DNA from: Nymphaea colorata
Lineage: Eukaryota
Assembly (NCBI RefSeq): GCF_008831285.2
Contig: NC_045138.2
Coordinates: 3,658,001-3,722,000 of the forward strand
Length of the DNA: 64,000 bases
Direction of reading: 5' to 3'
The position numbers and the translations under genes are program-made. The notes beneath the pieces were generated by a model. It saw only the letters and a program-made list of their open reading frames with translations. It searched no databases and had not been told where the DNA came from. This document shows positions 58,886 to 64,000 of the stretch, one piece after another (within the stretch, counting starts at the first letter, position 1; the number at the start of each line of letters is the position of its first letter).

Positions 58886-61810
58886 AATACCTAGTTGGAT
58901 TTTTCCTAGCATTTTCAACCAAACCAAAATATTTAATTTGGTTGATAATTTCATCTCTTTCCAAACAAAATACCATTAGGCTGCTGTTTTATATTGGCCT
59001 GAGATGAATGTACTGTTTAATAGAATTTTGTAAGTTCGTGTAAAAATTGTTTGAATTTGCCATGTAAGTAAACACGGTAGTAGTTTAAAGTTCAAGAGAA
59101 CTGTGAAAATAATTAGCTTATAGACTCTAACAAACACAACAAATAATATATATATATATATATATATATAGCCATTGCAGGGTGTTTTAAAACATGTATG
59201 GAAGGTACCGTATTATGCACACATCACATATTTCTTTCAAACCATGTTTAGACTACATCCAACGTGGTTATGTATGTCATATTGATGCACAAAAGATTTG
59301 TACGTGAGTGCGGTTAATGACAAAAATAATCATCTTTATTTTTTTTTTGTAAAGACAAAGAATAAAATACAAAAAAGTGAAAATAATGAAAATGACATTT
59401 TTTCAATAATTATTTATATATTAGTGTCCATTAAAAATTTAAAATTTTATAACTTGGTACCCTTGATCAAGAATTTTCTGGCTTGGCTCCTACATACACC
59501 ACATTGAATTTAAGTGCACTATGCTGTCCGCTTGCATAGAACATGCACCACATTGAATTTAACTACCTTTCAATCTTCTTGCATATATTAGATCTAAAGC
59601 GTATTTCTTTCTAACTAACTGGGGATGTTCGTTCATATTGTTATTGTATTCAACATTTTTCAGCATTTTCTGAGAAAATAGATGGTCATCCATCCATATC
59701 ATGTCATTTTCTACAACTCTTTTCAACCTGCGATATCGAGCAATTACAATCTTTTTTTAAAGTGAGTTGAGTGCACTCAACGGCAGAGCCAATGGGGCCA
59801 GCATGGGCCCTGGCCCTACTTTAATATTATTTTAATTTACATGTAAATTTTAAAAAAATTTATTTGTCATATATAAAAATTTTGAAAAATGATATTTTTT
59901 GCAATTGTCAAAATTTAAAAACTTTAATTCAGTCCTCGTGAAATTTTTTTGGCTATGCTCTTAGGTGAACGAGTGTTGAGATATCTCTTATTATTATTTA
60001 GAAACTTTAATTTGTTTCCTTCTTCCTTCTCCATATGTAATTATTTATACGGTATTTAAAACATGAAAATTGTTGCTTGAGTTTTTTTGAGAATTAAACA
60101 TCTCTTAATACCTAGTTGGATTTTTCCTAATATTTTCAACCAAACCAAAATATTTAATTTGGTTGATAATTTCATCTCATTCCAAACAAAATACCATTAG
60201 GCTGTTGCTTTATACTGGCTTGAAGAGATGAATGTACTATTTAACAAAATTTTGTAAGTTCGTGTAAAAATTATTTGAATTTGCCATGTAAGTAAACACG
60301 GTGGTAGTTTAAAGTTCAAGAGAAATGTGAAAATAATTAGCTTATAAACTATATATATATATAGCCATTGCAGCAGGTTTTAAAATATGTATGGTAGGTA
60401 CCGTATTATGCACACATCACATATTTTTTTGAAACTATGGTTAGACTACATCCAACGTGGTTATGTGTGTCATATTGATGCACAAAAGATTTGTACCTGA
60501 GTACGGTTAATGACAAAAATAATCATGTTTGTTCTTTTTTTTTTGTAAAGACAAAGATAAAATAAAAAAAAAAGTGAAAATAATGAAAATGACATTTTTT
60601 CAACAATTATCTATATATTAGTGCCCATTAAAAATTTCATAACTTAGTACCCTTGATGAAGAATTTTCTGGCTCCGATCCTACATGGACCACATTGAATT
60701 TCCCTGCACCCTGCTGTCCTCTTGCATAGAATTTTCTAGCTCCATTTTTGAATGGACCACATTGAATTTATCTATCCTGCATAGATTGGATCTAAAGAGT
60801 CTTTCTTTACAACTAATTGGGGATGTTCGTTCGTATTGTTATTGTGTTCCATATTTTTCAGCATTTTATAGGAAAATAGATGGCCATAAATCCATATCAT
60901 GTCATTTTCTACAACTCTTTTCAACATGCGATATCCCGCAATTACAATTTTGTTTTGAAAGTGAGTTGGGTTCACTCAAGGGCAGAGCCAGGGGGGCCTG
61001 CATGCCACTTCAATCTTGTTTTAATTTACATGTAGAAAATTTTACTTGTCTTATATAAAAATTTTAAAAAATAATATTTTTTGCAATTGTCAAAATTTAG
61101 AAACTTTAGTTCAGTCCTCTTGAATTTTTTTTGGCTATGCTCTTGGGTGAACGAGTGTTGGGATATCTCTTATTATTATTTAGAAACTTGAATTCGTTTC
61201 CTTCTTTCTTTTCCATATGTAATTATTTATACGATATTTAAAACATGAATATTGTTGCTTGAGGTTTTTGAGCATTAAACATCTTTCAATACCTAGTTGG
61301 ATTTTTCCTAACATTTTCAACCAAACCAAAATATTTAATTTGGTTGATAATTTCATTTCATTCCAAACAAAATACCACTAGGCTGCTGTTTTATACTGGC
61401 CTGAAGAGATGAATGTATTGTTTAACAAAAATTTGTAAGTTCGTGTAAAAATTATTTGAATTTGCCATGTAAGTAAACACGGTGGTAGTTTAAAGTTCAA
61501 GAGAAATGTGGAAATAATTAGCTTATAGACTATAACAAAAACAACAAACAAACAATATATATATATATAGCCATTGCAGCAGCTTTTAAAACTTGTATGG
61601 CAGGTTCCTTATTATGCACACATCACATATTTCCTTGAAACCAGTGGTTGGACTACATCCAACGTGGTTATGTGTGTCATATTGATGCACAAAAGATTTG
61701 TACGTGACTACTGTTAATGGCAAAAATAATCATGTTTATTTTTTTTTTTGTAAAGACAAATAATAAAATACAAAAAAGTGGAAATAATGAAAATGACAAA
61801 TTTTCAATAA
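58886..61810. repeat. Tandem repeat of a ~1.2-kb unit (2 full copies plus ~0.5 kb) upstream of the SART3-like start codon
   Basis: aatacctagttggatttttcct.. recurs at 58886, 60107 and 61288 (periods 1221 and 1181) with colinear similarity throughout. Confidence 0.93.
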
Positions 61811-62699
61811 TCTAAAAAATGTTCGTTTTTTTTTTTCTTCTGCTGTATGCTGGTGCACGCAAGTCAAACTCAGAATAGATGCATGCCAAGTTATCCTTGT
61901 AAGATCTCAGAGAGAGTGCGTGCGCACGAGAACCAAACAAATACGAACGGCACAAGCGAAGCAAGCAATGAAACTATGTAAACGAACCTATTTAATGTAT
62001 TTGATTTATGATCTGAGTAATGCCAGTGCAACATTATTTACTCAAACGAATGAATAATCATTATACTTTGACACTAAAAAAAAAAATCTCCTAACAATGC
62101 GTGGCATATCGTGAATTAACTTTATTGAACGGCTAATAATCAATTTACATTGTCACCGCTGATTTAATCTTACGACAAGGTTACATAATATCTATATTTA
62201 CTCGATTCACGTGTTGTATCGGCTACGTCGCTAACATGCATTGTTATGCTTGTGGGTGTTGAATGGCTTCAATCTTACAATGAAATTCGAGGTCATCGAG
62301 CCATGACCATCAAATTGGAAAAGAAATGTGTATATGACTTAAAATGCATGCTTAATATGTTGTAAATGTAACCGTAACATGAATGTATTAATGAGTGCAA
62401 TTTTTGTACAAAAAACGCTTAGGTTCAAATTAGTTTTGTCGAAAAGTTTATTTTTTCAACTAACTTTTAGTATTGTAAAGAGCTATTTTTTTTTTACGGT
62501 GAAAAATAAAATATTAAGAATAAAAATGACTGACTTAGTGTATGCTTCACACTCAATTGCTTTTAAAGTCGCATGCAACGAGCTGGTTCACAAAAAGAGA
62601 GACATATTAAGTGGTCTGGTTTTAGTCCTTGGCATCCATCCAAAAAAAGCTACTTCAAGGACCAAAATATGAGGGAGCCGCACAATTTTGAAATATGAG

Positions 62700-63420
62700 G
62701 AAGCCTTTTCTATTCCTTACAATATGAGCCGTATTTTTGTTCAATATTCATACAGAATCCAACAAGAACTAGTAATTTGAGCACCAGTTCAATTTGATTA
62801 GATAAGCCCAAGTTCAATCCGCAGCATCACAAAGAAAACCATCGAGCAGTAGCTCCGCAAACTCAAAATCACATTTGTTATTTTTAATCACTTCAGCAAG
62901 AAATGAATACGCCATGGCACGTTTACATGGTTACTTCAGCAAGAACGAATAGTGAAGCTCGAAGACGGGTAAACAGAGGTTTGCAATCCTATAATTTGGA
63001 CTGGGGGTCTGTGACCACCGCAGCAGAAGCGGCAGAGAAAGTTGCCTTTGGTTCACAATAAAATGAAGCCCTAAAGACCAGCCTGCTTTGATGCTTTCCA
63101 TGTGACAATACTCCTCTGGATAAAGAAGAAGCCAGATAAATGAGAGGTGCAGGTCTCTTGCATTGACTTATAGCCTGTTGTTGCAGGGTACGTGCATATA
63201 AAAAAGAGAAGGATGATCATCACATAATCCAGTGTCGGGAATGGAGCACAGGATCTTTCTTCATAACATAGAACGATAAGCTATGAAATTACAAGAATTC
63301 AATGAGCAACAAAGGTGAAGTCCAGTGTATGCACACAGTATTACAAAAATTATCTTCCTTGGCGACTGCTCCAGAATATATATCCACCTTTACCACGTGT
63401 CATTTTAGAGGCTTTAAACC
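62700..63420 (-). other. Possible terminal exon / 3' UTR of a neighbouring minus-strand transcript
   Basis: Long polypyrimidine tract and TGTCAG acceptor at 63421; only short frames follow; no recognisable protein. Confidence 0.25.
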
Positions 63421-64000
63421 CTGACAGAGCCGAAAAAGAAAAGAAAAGAAGAAAACTTTATCATGCCTAGTCACCTTTGGAGAAAATGCAGTTCGTTCTT
63501 CCACCTTTAGCTAGTACAGTAAAACACGACAATTCAATCTTCTGCATCTCAAGTACTATCAAAACCAAAACCCTAAGAAGGAGACCAACTCTTTGACACC
63601 TGAACTGAGAAATAGGCGAGATCAGCTGCTAGAACGAGAAGGAACAAAAGTTTGCTAATGCTTGAGCATATTTTACATTTGCACAATTTCACTGACTTCT
63701 CAGGACTCCTAGTTGAGACGGCAAGATCCCCACAAAGTTCGAAGTGGCTACAGTCATTTCTTTTATCAAAGAGAAACAGTTCTAACTTCTAAGGCTTCCA
63801 CTCAGCCAACACTTAAGCCAAAAGCACTGCAATGCGTTTACGCATGAACAACAACACAGGAATTGCAAACCTACCGACCAGCATCCCCCTCCCCACCAAA
63901 AAAGAAAACACCCCAACAATATCCTCGCTTTAGATCCAAATGATAACAGCAGCAAAACAGTGACATCTATCACATATCCCAAAGGAATTTATTATCATAA

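Noticed and set aside
62819..62840. gcagcatca motif resembling a miR172 site
   Set aside because: Only ~9 nt match, with no hairpin or extended complementarity

Overview
Plant (angiosperm-type) nuclear DNA. One host gene dominates the window: a minus-strand SART3/Prp24-like (Arabidopsis EMB140-like) HAT-repeat U4/U6 recycling factor. I assembled 12 coding exons by hand (58513 down to 13725; 1653 nt, about 551 aa, all GT-AG, frame continuous), and the gene runs off the left edge. Its introns are inflated by nested transposons. There are five related short-LTR Ty1/Copia elements (A-E, Ale-like), two Ty3/Gypsy (Reina-like chromovirus) remnants and a solo LTR with a 48-bp palindrome. There are also several hAT-type non-autonomous elements with 8-bp TSDs (two TIR families) and a PIF/Harbinger-type element with a TAA TSD. 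Two nests resolve by their TSDs: Copia A > hAT > Copia B > hAT, and Gypsy > Copia D > Copia C. The most notable hidden structure is a conserved 293-nt intron over the Copia protease region. Splicing it would give a short Gag ending in a conserved alternative-frame tail (EDWDWF-x-Y/F-stop), making that stretch dual-coding. Upstream of the gene is a ~1.2-kb unit tandemly repeated about 2.4 times. No CRISPR, rRNA or tRNA genes were found. Identities and coordinates were read by eye, not computed.
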